Source of the DNA: Acetobacteraceae bacterium
GTDB taxonomy: Bacteria; Pseudomonadota; Alphaproteobacteria; Acetobacterales; Acetobacteraceae
DNA length: 64,000 nt
Direction: 5' to 3'
NCBI GenBank assembly: GCA_965199095.1
Contig: CBDAQM010000004.1
Location: 209,031-273,030, forward strand
How positions within the stretch are numbered: position 1 is the first letter of the stretch; each line of letters opens with the position of its first letter. The position numbers and the translations under genes are program-made. Shown one piece after another: positions 55,663 to 64,000 of the stretch. Below the pieces are notes generated by a model, which was not told the DNA's origin, ran no database searches, and was given only the letters and a program-made list of their open reading frames with translations.

Positions 55663-56496
55663 ATGGCTGACCAGAAGATCGCAGTCGTAACGGGCGCCAC
55701 CGCCGGGCTGGGCACATGGGTGGCGTTCGGCCTGGCGCGTGCCGGCTACCACACGATCCTGATCGTCCGCGATGCTGGCCGGGGCGAGGCAGCGCGGCGC
55801 TGGATCGCCGAGCGGGCCCGTGGCGCCATGACGGAGTTGGTGATCGCGGACCTCTCCTCCCTGCAGCAGACGCGGCAGGCGGGCGAGGCGATCGCCGCCG
55901 CCCATCCGCGCATCGACGTGTTGGTGAACAACGCCGGGCTGATCACCCCGCGGCGGCAGGTGACGGCCGAGGGGCACGAGATGATCCTGGCGGTGAACCA
56001 CCTGGCCCCGTTCGTCCTGACGGCCGCGCTGGAGCCCTCCCTGCGGGATGGCGCGCCGTCGCGCGTGGTGAATGTCGGCTCCACGGCGTCCGACCGGGCC
56101 AACCTGAAGGGGATGGACCTGGAGGGCGCCCGGGCCTGGAACCCATACTCGGCGTATTGCCGCTCCAAGCTCGCCCTGATGTTGGCGACGTTCGAGCGGG
56201 CGCGGCGTCTGGCCGGCACGGGCGTTGCGGTCAACGTGGTGCACCCCGGCGTGGTGTCGACAACGCTGGGCAGCGTGCCGGGGCCGATCGGCTGGGGCTG
56301 GAACGCGTTCCGCCGCTTCATGATCACGCCGGAACAGGGCGCGGTGACGCCGCTGCACCTGGCGCTGTCGCCGCTCGTCGAGGGTGAAACGGGCCAGTAT
56401 TGGAAGCGCAGCCGGCCGGCCAAGCCGAACCGCCAGGCGCTCGACCCCGCCTTGGTGCGGCAGGTGTGGCGCGAGACCGAACGGCTGATCGGTTGA
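55663..56496 (+). CDS. SDR-family oxidoreductase (retinol-dehydrogenase/WW-oxidoreductase-like)
   Basis: Internal ATG (Met9 of ORF 55639-56496), GGAG upstream. [18 protein letters not shown]. Confidence 0.85.
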   Translation: MADQKIAVVTGATAGLGTWVAFGLARAGYHTILIVRDAGRGEAARRWIAERARGAMTELVIADLSSLQQTRQAGEAIAAAHPRIDVLVNNAGLITPRRQVTAEGHEMILAVNHLAPFVLTAALEPSLRDGAPSRVVNVGSTASDRANLKGMDLEGARAWNPYSAYCRSKLALMLATFERARRLAGTGVAVNVVHPGVVSTTLGSVPGPIGWGWNAFRRFMITPEQGAVTPLHLALSPLVEGETGQYWKRSRPAKPNRQALDPALVRQVWRETERLIG

Positions 56497-56548
56497 CGGC
56501 CGGGCCGAAGCTGCCGAGATGTGCGGCGACGCCATCCGGAGCCTGCGC

Positions 56549-57544
56549 ATGACCCTGCCGCAAACCATGAGTTTCATCGAGGTGGCGCAGCCCGGCGGCC
56601 CCGAGGCCATGCGGCTGGCCACCGGCCCCATCCCGCAGCCGCGCGAGGGCGAGGTGCTGATCCGCGTGGCCGCCGCCGGCGTGAACCGGCCGGACCTGGC
56701 GCAGCGCGCCGGCGCATATCCGCCGCCGCCCGGCGCCAACCCGCATTTGGGGCTGGAAGTTGCGGGCGAGGTCGTGGCAGTCGGCCCGGGTGTCACGACC
56801 CCGGTCGGCGCCAGGCTGTGCGGCCTGGCCAATGGCGGCGGCTATGCGGAGTATTGCGTGGTCCCGGCCGCCCAATGCCTGCCCTGGCCGAAGGGGTATG
56901 ACGCCCTGCGCGCGGCCGCCCTGCCGGAGACGTTCTTCACGGTCTGGGCCAATGTGTTCGAGATCGGCCAGCTCACCGCCGGGCAATCCGTGCTGATCCA
57001 TGGCGGCAGCAGCGGCATCGGCACGACCGCGATCCAACTCGCCAAGGCGTTCGGCGCGCGGGTGTACGCCACGGCCGGCTCCGCCGAGAAATGCGACGCC
57101 TGCGTGAAGCTGGGCGCCGATGCCGCGATCAACTACAAGGCGGCGGATTTCGTCGACAGCATCAAGCAATTCACCAACGGCGCCGGCGTGGACGTCGTGC
57201 TGGACATGGTGGGCGCGCCCTATGCCCAGAAGAACCTGCGCTGCCTTGCGATGGGCGGGCGGCTGGTGATCATCGCCTTCCTCGGCGGCTCGAAGGTCGA
57301 GCAGTTCGACCTGATGACCGTGATGACCCGGCGTCTGACCGTCACCGGCTCCACCATGCGGCCCCGCACGGCGGCGCAGAAAGGCGTCATCGCCGAGGCC
57401 CTGCTGTCCAAGGTTTGGCCGAAGCTGGAGGACGGCAGCATTGCTCCGGTGATCCACGGCGTGTTCCCGCTGGCCGAGGTGGCGCAGGCGCACCGGCTGA
57501 TGGAAACGAGCGGGCATATCGGCAAGATCATGCTGACGCTCTGA
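56549..57544 (+). CDS. NAD(P)H:quinone oxidoreductase (zeta-crystallin/Qor family MDR)
   Basis: ORF 56519-57544 (ATG 56549 or 56567). [33 protein letters not shown]. No Zn ligands. Confidence 0.85.
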   Translation: MTLPQTMSFIEVAQPGGPEAMRLATGPIPQPREGEVLIRVAAAGVNRPDLAQRAGAYPPPPGANPHLGLEVAGEVVAVGPGVTTPVGARLCGLANGGGYAEYCVVPAAQCLPWPKGYDALRAAALPETFFTVWANVFEIGQLTAGQSVLIHGGSSGIGTTAIQLAKAFGARVYATAGSAEKCDACVKLGADAAINYKAADFVDSIKQFTNGAGVDVVLDMVGAPYAQKNLRCLAMGGRLVIIAFLGGSKVEQFDLMTVMTRRLTVTGSTMRPRTAAQKGVIAEALLSKVWPKLEDGSIAPVIHGVFPLAEVAQAHRLMETSGHIGKIMLTL

Positions 57545-57547
57545 GGG

Positions 57548-58300
57548 ATGCAACTCGCACTCCGCGAGGCCGGGCAGGGCAGCCCGGTGGTCCTGCTGCA
57601 CGGCCTGTTCGGCTCCGCCCGCAATCTCGGCGGCCTGGCGCGGGCGTTGGCGGTGACGCACCGCGTGCTGTCGATGGACCTGCGCAACCACGGCGACAGC
57701 CCGCACACGCCCGGCATGGACTACGACACGATGGCGGCGGACGTGGCCGAGACGATGGATGCAGCCGGTCTGGCGGAGGCGGCGGTCCTGGGCCATTCGA
57801 TGGGCGGCAAGGTCGCCATGCGGCTGGCGCTGTCGACGCCGCACCGCGTGTGCCGGCTGGTGGTGGCCGACATCGCCCCGGTGGCCTACCCGTCGCATTT
57901 CGGCGGCTACGCCCGCGCCATGGCGTCGGTGCCGCCGCATCTTTCCCGTACGGCGGCGGACGCGCTGTTGGCGCCCGACGTGCCGGACCCTGCGATCCGC
58001 TCTTTCCTGCTGCATAATTTTCGGCCGGGCGAGGGCTGGCGGATCGGCCTGCCGGAGATCATCGACTCCCTGCCGCGGGTGGAGACGTGGGATGATGCGG
58101 CGGGCCATTACATTGGGCCAACCTTGTTCGTGACCGGCGCGCGGTCGGACTACGTGCTGCCGGAGTATCGCCCGGCTATCCTGCATTTGTTCCCCGCCGC
58201 CCGTTTCGTCGCGATCAAGGACGCCAGCCACTGGCTGCACGCCGAGCAGCCGGGGGCCTTCAACGCGACGGTCGCGGCGTTCCTGGCACGGTCGTCGTAG
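57548..58300 (+). CDS. alpha/beta hydrolase (YbfF-like esterase)
   Basis: ORF 57548-58300. HG oxyanion region (VVLLHGLFGS), nucleophile elbow GHSMGG, C-terminal DASHW. Confidence 0.8.
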   Translation: MQLALREAGQGSPVVLLHGLFGSARNLGGLARALAVTHRVLSMDLRNHGDSPHTPGMDYDTMAADVAETMDAAGLAEAAVLGHSMGGKVAMRLALSTPHRVCRLVVADIAPVAYPSHFGGYARAMASVPPHLSRTAADALLAPDVPDPAIRSFLLHNFRPGEGWRIGLPEIIDSLPRVETWDDAAGHYIGPTLFVTGARSDYVLPEYRPAILHLFPAARFVAIKDASHWLHAEQPGAFNATVAAFLARSS

Positions 58301-58370
58301 GGTGGGCTTTTAGCCCACCACGGCCTCCTACGGCGCCGCCTGGAAGCGGTGGGCTGAAGCCCACCCTACG
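58296..58370. repeat. REP-like inverted pair, family GGTGGGCT-N2/3-AGCCCACC
   Basis: CGTAGGGTGGGCTTTTAGCCCACC (58296-58319, including the TAG stop) and GGTGGGCTGAAGCCCACCCTACG (58348-58370) are near-exact reverse complements. Each arm is self-palindromic. They lie between convergent genes. Confidence 0.75.
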
Positions 58371-58427
58371 AAGGGCCTGCGTCAGGTGGCGGGATAGGAG
58401 TCGTTTCATGAAAACGCCGTACTGGCG

Positions 58428-59618
58428 TCAGCCGGCGCCGCGTGCCAAGGCCGCACGTCCGATCTGGCCCAAAGCGAGGTCATCCTGCGGCGGCTGGAAC
58501 AGCCCGGCGCGGGCGTCTCGGAAGTAGCGTTCCAGCGGCAGCCCTTTGGTCAGGCTGAAGCCGCCGGCGACCCGCAGCGCCTTCTCCGTGGCCTCGCAGG
58601 CGGCGTTCGTGCACAGGTTTTTCGCCATCCCGATCCGCGGACCCAGGCCCCCCCGCAGCGTCGGATGGTCGACCCAGGCGCGGGCGGTTTCATGCAGCAC
58701 GGCGCGGGCGGCGGACAACACCGCCTCCATCTCGCCGATCCATTGCACGATATGCGGCTGCTCGGCGATCGGGCGGCCGAGCGACGGCGGCACCCGCTCC
58801 CGCGCATACGAGCACGCGGCATCGAGCGCCGCCTGGCCGACGCCGAGATACACCGCCGCGATCGGCAGCGCCCAGCCATTGGTGCCGGGCCGGTTGCGGC
58901 CGCCGGCGCCGATCACCACGCGCTCGACGATCCGCTCGTCGGGCACAAACACGCCGTCATAGTACACGTCCCCGTTGCCGCAGCCGCGCAGGCTGAGGCT
59001 GCCGTCCCAGGTGTCGACGATGCGCAGCCCGGACGAACCACCTTCCACGATGGCGCTGCACAGCGTGCCCTGCGGCGCGCCTTCCTCCGGCGGCAGCACG
59101 GCGGCGGTCACCAGCCAGGTCAGCGCCGGGGCGCCGGTGACGAAAATCTTGTGGCCGTACAATCGCCAGCCACCCTCCGCCCGCTCCGCCCGCATGGACG
59201 GCACGCCGCCGCGGGAGATGGAGCCCAGCTCGGGCTCGGTGACGCAGTTGTTCACCATGCCGCCCTCCGCCACCACCCGGCGGGAGATCGCTTCCAGCAC
59301 ATCCTCCGGCCAGGAGCGGCTTTCATAGGCGCGACCCAGCACGCTGATCAGCATCCCCGTGACCAGCGCGGTGGAGGCGTCGCCCCGGGCCAGCACCTCC
59401 TGCGCCAGCACCATCTCGAACACATCCGCCCCGCCGCCGCCATAGCTGGCGGGGATCATCAGCCGGTCGTACCCGGCCGCATGCAGCTCCGGGTAGTTCT
59501 CGTGCGGGAAGCCGCCGGCCGCGGCGCGCGGGCTGAACCGCGTGGCGAGCTGCTCCGCCATCGACATGATCTCCGCCTGGCGCGGGGTGGGCGCCAGCAG
59601 GCCGGGCATATGGGTCAC
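58428..59618 (-). CDS. acyl-CoA dehydrogenase family protein
   Basis: ORF 58428-59618 (GTG 59618 in a GTGA overlap with the upstream stop, or ATG 59609). ACAD three-domain layout; C-terminal ..RYFRDARAGLFQPP. Confidence 0.8.
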   Translation of the reverse strand: MTHMPGLLAPTPRQAEIMSMAEQLATRFSPRAAAGGFPHENYPELHAAGYDRLMIPASYGGGGADVFEMVLAQEVLARGDASTALVTGMLISVLGRAYESRSWPEDVLEAISRRVVAEGGMVNNCVTEPELGSISRGGVPSMRAERAEGGWRLYGHKIFVTGAPALTWLVTAAVLPPEEGAPQGTLCSAIVEGGSSGLRIVDTWDGSLSLRGCGNGDVYYDGVFVPDERIVERVVIGAGGRNRPGTNGWALPIAAVYLGVGQAALDAACSYARERVPPSLGRPIAEQPHIVQWIGEMEAVLSAARAVLHETARAWVDHPTLRGGLGPRIGMAKNLCTNAACEATEKALRVAGGFSLTKGLPLERYFRDARAGLFQPPQDDLALGQIGRAALARGAG

Positions 59619-60355
59619 GCTGCGGTTTCCTTTGCGCCGGGGCCGCCCAGATAGGCGTCGCGGATCTTGGGGTTGCGGGCCACGTCCCCGGCCAGGCCCT
59701 GGAGGATGATCCGGCCGGTTTGCAGGACGTAGGCGTAATGGGCGATCTGCAAGGCCAGGCTGGCGTTCTGTTCGACCATGAACACCGTCACGCCCTCCTT
59801 GTTCACGGTGCCGATCAGGTCCAGCACGCGGTCCACATAGAGTGGCGACAGGCCCATGGTCGGCTCGTCCATGCAGATCAGCCGGGGGCGGCCCATCAGG
59901 GCGCGGGCCATCGCGACCATCTGCTGCTCCCCGCCGGACAGCGTGCCGCCGCGGCTGGACAGGCGCTGCCGCACGCGGGGGAACAGCTCCAGCATGCGGT
60001 CCAGGTCGCGAGCGATCTCCGCCCGGTCGGTGCGGGCGAAGGCGCCCATCAGCAGGTTCTCCCGCACCGTCATGGCGCCGAACAGCCGCCGCGCCTCCGG
60101 CACGCTGCCGATGCCGCGGCGGATCACCTGTGGGGTCGGCAGCCCGGTGATGTCCTGCCCGTCGAAGCGCACGCGGCCGGCGCGGGGCTGCAACAGGCCG
60201 AGGATGATTTTCATCGTGGTCGATTTGCCGCTGGCATTGCCGCCCAGCAGGCAGACGACCTGACCGGCGCGGACCTCCAAGGTCAGTCCGAAATGCACCT
60301 GCACCGGGCCGTAGAACGTGTCGATGCCATCCAGGGCCAGCAGAGGCGCGGTCAT
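59615..60355 (-). CDS. ABC transporter ATP-binding protein (LivF-like)
   Basis: ORF 59615-60355. GGNASGKST, LSGGEQQMVAMARAL, ICMDEPTMGL. Confidence 0.9.
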   Translation of the reverse strand: MTAPLLALDGIDTFYGPVQVHFGLTLEVRAGQVVCLLGGNASGKSTTMKIILGLLQPRAGRVRFDGQDITGLPTPQVIRRGIGSVPEARRLFGAMTVRENLLMGAFARTDRAEIARDLDRMLELFPRVRQRLSSRGGTLSGGEQQMVAMARALMGRPRLICMDEPTMGLSPLYVDRVLDLIGTVNKEGVTVFMVEQNASLALQIAHYAYVLQTGRIILQGLAGDVARNPKIRDAYLGGPGAKETAA

Positions 60356-61173
60356 ACCGCCTGCTCCCCCATCGCGTGATGGCCGAGATACGCCTCGATC
60401 ACCACCGGGTCCGCCCGGACCCTGGCAGGCGGCCCCTCCGCGATCACCCGGCCGTCATCCATCGCGACCACCCGGTCGGAGAGCTGCATCACCAGCTCCA
60501 GCTTGTGCTCGATCAGCAGGATGCTGTGGCCTTCGGCTTTCAGGCCGCCGATGATGCTGGCCATCTCCGCCGTCTCGCTCTCGTTCATCCCGGCGGTCGG
60601 CTCGTCCAGCAGCAGCAGCCGCGGGTGCAACGCCAAGGCGCGGGCGATCTCCACCCGGCGGCGGTTGGCGTAGGACAGCGCGTACGCGGGCTGCTCCAGC
60701 CGCGGCGTCAGCCGGTCGCCGAACAGCGCGACGATCCGCTCGACGTCGGCGTTCAGCGCCTGCTCCTCCCGCACGACCGAAGGCGGCCGGACCAGCGCGG
60801 CGGCGAGCTCGGCCAGGGCGCCGAGGCCGGGCAGGCGCGGCTTGGCGGCGCGCAGCCGGTGGTGGGCGCCCACCAGCACGTTGTCCCGCACGCTCAGGTT
60901 CGCGAACACCCGGCCGTGCTGGAACGTGCGGGCGAGGCCGAGCGCCGCGACACGTTCCGGCGCCCAGCCGGTGATCGCCGTGCCGCCCAGCGTGATGGCG
61001 CCGCCATCCGGCACGTCGTGGCCGCTGAGCAGGTTGAACAGCGTGGTCTTCCCCGCGCCGTTCGGCCCGATGATGGAGACGAACTCGCCCGGCGCCACCG
61101 CCAGGTCCACGCCCGCCACCGCACGCACGCCGCCGAAGCTGCGTGTGACGCCCCGCGCCGTCAGCAGCGTCAT
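60352..61173 (-). CDS. ABC transporter ATP-binding protein (LivG-like)
   Basis: 273-aa distal part of ORF 60352-61602. ATGA overlap with the permease stop. [35 protein letters not shown]. Confidence 0.9.
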   Translation of the reverse strand: MTLLTARGVTRSFGGVRAVAGVDLAVAPGEFVSIIGPNGAGKTTLFNLLSGHDVPDGGAITLGGTAITGWAPERVAALGLARTFQHGRVFANLSVRDNVLVGAHHRLRAAKPRLPGLGALAELAAALVRPPSVVREEQALNADVERIVALFGDRLTPRLEQPAYALSYANRRRVEIARALALHPRLLLLDEPTAGMNESETAEMASIIGGLKAEGHSILLIEHKLELVMQLSDRVVAMDDGRVIAEGPPARVRADPVVIEAYLGHHAMGEQAV

Positions 61174-62993
61174 ACCGTGCCCAGCACGCCTTGCGGCCGG
61201 AACCGGATCAGCACCAGCAGGACGGCGCCGTAGATCAGCATCCGGTATTCCGCCGTGCCGCGGAACACTTCCGGCAGGGCGGTGAGCGCCACCGCGCCCA
61301 GGATGGCGCCCAGCAGATTGCCCATGCCGCCCAGGATCACCATCGTGAGCGCGGAGATCGACACGGTGGAGGTGAACGTCTCGTTGTTGATGTAGGAAAA
61401 CAGATGCGCCGAGATCGCCCCGGCGATCCCGGCGGAGAACCCGCCGACGGCGAAGGCGATGCCCTTGTACCGTTCGAGGCTGATCCCGTAGGCCCGCGCC
61501 GCCACGTCGTCGTCGCGGATGGCGCGGAAGGTGCGCCCCAGGTGGGAGCGCAGCACCCGCGCCTGCATCAGCGCCAGCAGGACCAGGACCGCCAGGCAGC
61601 ACCAGTACGACGCTTGCGGGCTGTCCAGCTCCAGCGTGCCAACCGCGAGTTCCGGGATGTTGGTGACGCCCATCGGCCCGCGCGTCAGGCTTTCCCAGTT
61701 CAGGATCACCAGCCCGACGATCTCCCCGATGCCGAGCGTCGCGATGGAGACGTAGTGTGACCGCAGGCGGAAGGCGGGGGCCACCAGCGCCGTGCCGATC
61801 AGCGCCGTCAGCACGCCCGCCGCCGGGATGCTGGCCCAGACCGGCCAGCCGGCATCCAGCGCCAGCAGCGCCGAGGCGTAGGCGCCGATCAGCAGCAGCG
61901 CCGCATGCCCCAGCGACACCTGGCCCAGCGTGCCCGCCACCAGCGTGAGGCTGATCGCCAGCATGGCGGCCAGCCAGGCATTGGTCAGAACCTGCAGCAC
62001 GTAGGCGATGTCCGGCGCCAACGGCAGCGCCGCCGCCAGCGCCAGGCAGGCAAGCACCAGCCAGGGCGGCACGCGCAGCACCCGGCTGGGCGCGATGAAC
62101 GTGCCGGTCAGGGGTTCCGGCGGGGTGCTGCGCGCGCTGGCGAACAGGCCATTGGGACGCAGCACCAGGATCAGCAGCAGCAGGGCGAAGCTGAACAGGT
62201 TGCGGTAGGACGATCCGAACAGCGCCACGCCGTAGCTTTCGGTCAGGCCCAGCAGCAGCGAGCCGGCGATCGCGCCGGGCACGTTGCCCATGCCGCCGAT
62301 CACCTGCGCCACCACGCCCTTCAGCGTGGCCTGGAAGCTCATTCCCGGGTCGATATGGTTGAAATACATTCCGACCAGCAGGCCGGACAAGCCGCCCAGG
62401 GCGGAGGCGATGGCGAACACGGTGCGGTTCACCGCGTCGGTGTCCACGCCCATCTGTCGCGCCGCGTCCCGGTCCTGCGCAGTGGCGCGCACCGCCCAGC
62501 CCAGCTTGGTGAAGCGCAGGAAGCCGAACAGCACGGCGGCGCTGCCGAGCCCGGTCGCGGCGATCAGCAGATCAAGGGCGCCGATCGTGCCGCCGCCCAC
62601 GGGGATGCGCCAGTTGGGCAGCGGGGAGGGCAGGGCGCGAGGGTCCGGCGTGAAGATGATCTGCAGCAATTGGTCCAGCACCAGGCTGATGCCGATGGTG
62701 GCCAGCAGCGGCGCGATGCGCGGGGCGCCGGCTAGTGGGCGCAGCCCCAGCCGCTCGATCACCACGCCCAGCGCGCCGCACGCGACGACCACGACCAGGG
62801 CCGTCAGCGCGAGCGGCAGGTGAAGGTAGGTGAAGCAGGCCCAGCCGACATAGGCGCCGACCGCGTAGACCGAGCCATGGGCGAAGTTGATCAGGTGCGA
62901 CACGCCGAAGATCAGCGCCAGCCCCACCGCCAGCAGGGCGTAGATGTTGCCGATGATCAGGCCGTTGATGGTGTAGTCCAGCCAGGAGGACAC
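61170..62993 (-). CDS. fused LivH-LivM type ABC transporter permease (607 aa)
   Basis: ORF 61170-62993 (GTG). N-terminal half is LivH-like ([31 protein letters not shown]). C-terminal half is LivM-like ([33 protein letters not shown]). The two halves form one uninterrupted frame. Confidence 0.85.
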   Translation of the reverse strand: MSSWLDYTINGLIIGNIYALLAVGLALIFGVSHLINFAHGSVYAVGAYVGWACFTYLHLPLALTALVVVVACGALGVVIERLGLRPLAGAPRIAPLLATIGISLVLDQLLQIIFTPDPRALPSPLPNWRIPVGGGTIGALDLLIAATGLGSAAVLFGFLRFTKLGWAVRATAQDRDAARQMGVDTDAVNRTVFAIASALGGLSGLLVGMYFNHIDPGMSFQATLKGVVAQVIGGMGNVPGAIAGSLLLGLTESYGVALFGSSYRNLFSFALLLLILVLRPNGLFASARSTPPEPLTGTFIAPSRVLRVPPWLVLACLALAAALPLAPDIAYVLQVLTNAWLAAMLAISLTLVAGTLGQVSLGHAALLLIGAYASALLALDAGWPVWASIPAAGVLTALIGTALVAPAFRLRSHYVSIATLGIGEIVGLVILNWESLTRGPMGVTNIPELAVGTLELDSPQASYWCCLAVLVLLALMQARVLRSHLGRTFRAIRDDDVAARAYGISLERYKGIAFAVGGFSAGIAGAISAHLFSYINNETFTSTVSISALTMVILGGMGNLLGAILGAVALTALPEVFRGTAEYRMLIYGAVLLVLIRFRPQGVLGTV

Positions 62994-63020
62994 GGTTAGG
63001 CGCGGCCTAGCATGCGTGGG

Positions 63021-63116
63021 CCCTCACCCCGGCCCTCTCCCAGAGGGAGAAGAAAAGCCCCCTTCCCTGGGGACGGAATAAAAGCCCTCTCCCTCTGGGA
63101 GAGGGTTGGGTGAGGG
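63021..63116. repeat. REP-like nested palindrome, family GGGAGAGGG/GGGTGAGGG
   Basis: CCCTCACCC (63021-29) CGG CCCTCTCCC AGA GGGAGAAGAAAAGCCC ... CCCTCTCCC TCT GGGAGAGGG TT GGGTGAGGG (63108-16). Shares the GAGGGAGAAGAAAAGCCC core with 28367-28430. Confidence 0.8.
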
Positions 63117-63127
63117 CCCGACATCTC

Positions 63128-64000
63128 TCACCCCGCCGCCGACTTCGCACCGTCCCACAGCGTGAACTTGCCGTCCTTCACCAGCAGCAGCTTGTAGCTG
63201 GCGCCGGGCACCCGGCGCGTCACCGGGTCGAAATTCACCTTGCCGTAGATCACGCTCGGCACGTCGTGAATATGCATCAGCCCGGTCTGCATCGCCTCGC
63301 GCGTGGTGCCGAACTGGTCGCACAGGGCGGCGAACAGCGTCATCGTGTCGTAGGCCCCGGCGCTGAAGCTGTCGGGTTCCAGGTCGTATTTCGCCCGGTA
63401 GCGCTTGACGAAATCCTGCACCTCCGGCCGCGGGTCGCCGGGGAAGAAGGTGGACATGACGTAGTCGCCCTCCACCCCTGAGCCGCCGAGCTCGATGAAT
63501 TTGGGCGAGTAGTTGGACGTCCCGGCCAGGATCGGCAATTTGAGCCCGCTGTCGCGCGCCTGGCGGCTGATCAGCGCGCCGTCCGCATAGTAGGACAGCA
63601 GCACCAGCCCGTCCGCCTTGCTGTCGCGGGCGCGCACCAGGGTGGGGCGGAAATCCTGCTCGGCGGGCAGGTAGGCCTCGGCGGTCGCGACCTCCATGCC
63701 CAACCCGGGCGCCGCCTTGACGAAGGCGTCCTTGGCGGTGCGGCCCCAATCCGTGTCCAGGTGCAGCACGGCCGGGCGCTTGAAGCCGAGCTTGGCCGCG
63801 AACTCCGCCAGATGCGGCTGCTCGTCCGCCTGGTTGGTGGAGTTGGACCACATATGGTCGCCGCCCTTGGTGAAATCCGGGTGCGAGTTGGTGAAGCCGA
63901 ACTGCACCAGCTTGGCCCGCTGGTAGATCGGCGACGCCGCCATGGAGGCGGGGGAGGAGAAATCCCCCAGCTCGATGATGATGCTGGGGTCGGCGACGAA
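63128..64000 (-). CDS. HAAT/Liv-family ABC substrate-binding protein (5' end outside window)
   Basis: ORF 63128-63943 and the frame stays open to base 64000. LivJ-like type I PBP body (..ADGLVLLSYYADGALISRQARDSGLKLPILAG..). First gene of the minus-strand transporter operon. Confidence 0.85.
   Translation of the reverse strand, partial: FVADPSIIIELGDFSSPASMAASPIYQRAKLVQFGFTNSHPDFTKGGDHMWSNSTNQADEQPHLAEFAAKLGFKRPAVLHLDTDWGRTAKDAFVKAAPGLGMEVATAEAYLPAEQDFRPTLVRARDSKADGLVLLSYYADGALISRQARDSGLKLPILAGTSNYSPKFIELGGSGVEGDYVMSTFFPGDPRPEVQDFVKRYRAKYDLEPDSFSAGAYDTMTLFAALCDQFGTTREAMQTGLMHIHDVPSVIYGKVNFDPVTRRVPGASYKLLLVKDGKFTLWDGAKSAAG

Overview
This is a very GC-rich chromosomal window, with third codon positions dominated by G/C. 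The gene content looks alphaproteobacterial: DUF2628 between hisB and hisH, DUF1194, a GTTC-N7-GTTC type SOS box, and several HAAT/Liv-type transporters. The lineage call is inference only.

Gene content, left to right:
- The 3' end of an NtaA/DszA-type monooxygenase gene and a five-gene Liv-type ABC importer.
- A cysteine-rich beta-helix lipoprotein gene directly behind ppa.
- One tRNA (anticodon CAU).
- A CueR-type operator, a copper P1B-ATPase and a DUF305 gene.
- A nicotinate catabolic core (nicR-nicX divergent from nicC-nicA-nicB), extended by three further flavoenzyme genes.
- Lrp, MBL-hydrolase and MFS genes.
- An uncharacterised two-gene operon divergent from hisB.
- A hisB-DUF2628-hisH-[GNAT]-[PcaL-like]-hisA block that ends without hisF.
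- ivd-mccB-mccA.
- A low-GC ParE toxin-antitoxin islet.
- A sugar-acid cluster: Zn-dehydrogenase, enolase-superfamily dehydratase, gluconate-5-dehydrogenase-like SDR.
- An oligopeptide-type ABC operon with a frameshifted binding-protein gene and no ATPase genes.
- AKR, DUF1194 and a secreted glycine-rich protein.
- An S24 (CI/LexA-fold) repressor divergent from small unknown ORFs, in a promoter region that carries direct repeats and an SOS-box-like motif.
- pyrD, HAD, YqgE and Prx5.
- A TetR-centred cluster: EthD, DUF4188-like, cupin, SMP-30, VOC.
- VapBC, a ClC channel, SDR, quinone oxidoreductase and an esterase.
- A second Liv-type importer with a fused LivH-LivM permease, co-oriented with an acyl-CoA dehydrogenase.

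At least three families of REP-like palindromic elements occupy intergenic gaps. I found no rRNA, CRISPR array, transposase or integrase.

The best candidates for undescribed biology:
1. The flavoenzyme trio appended to nicAB (17615-21455).
2. The 39-aa plus 174-aa operon at 24272-24915.
3. The S24-repressor and small-ORF switch at 43744-45428.

All functional calls rest on motif and family recognition by eye. No database search was run.
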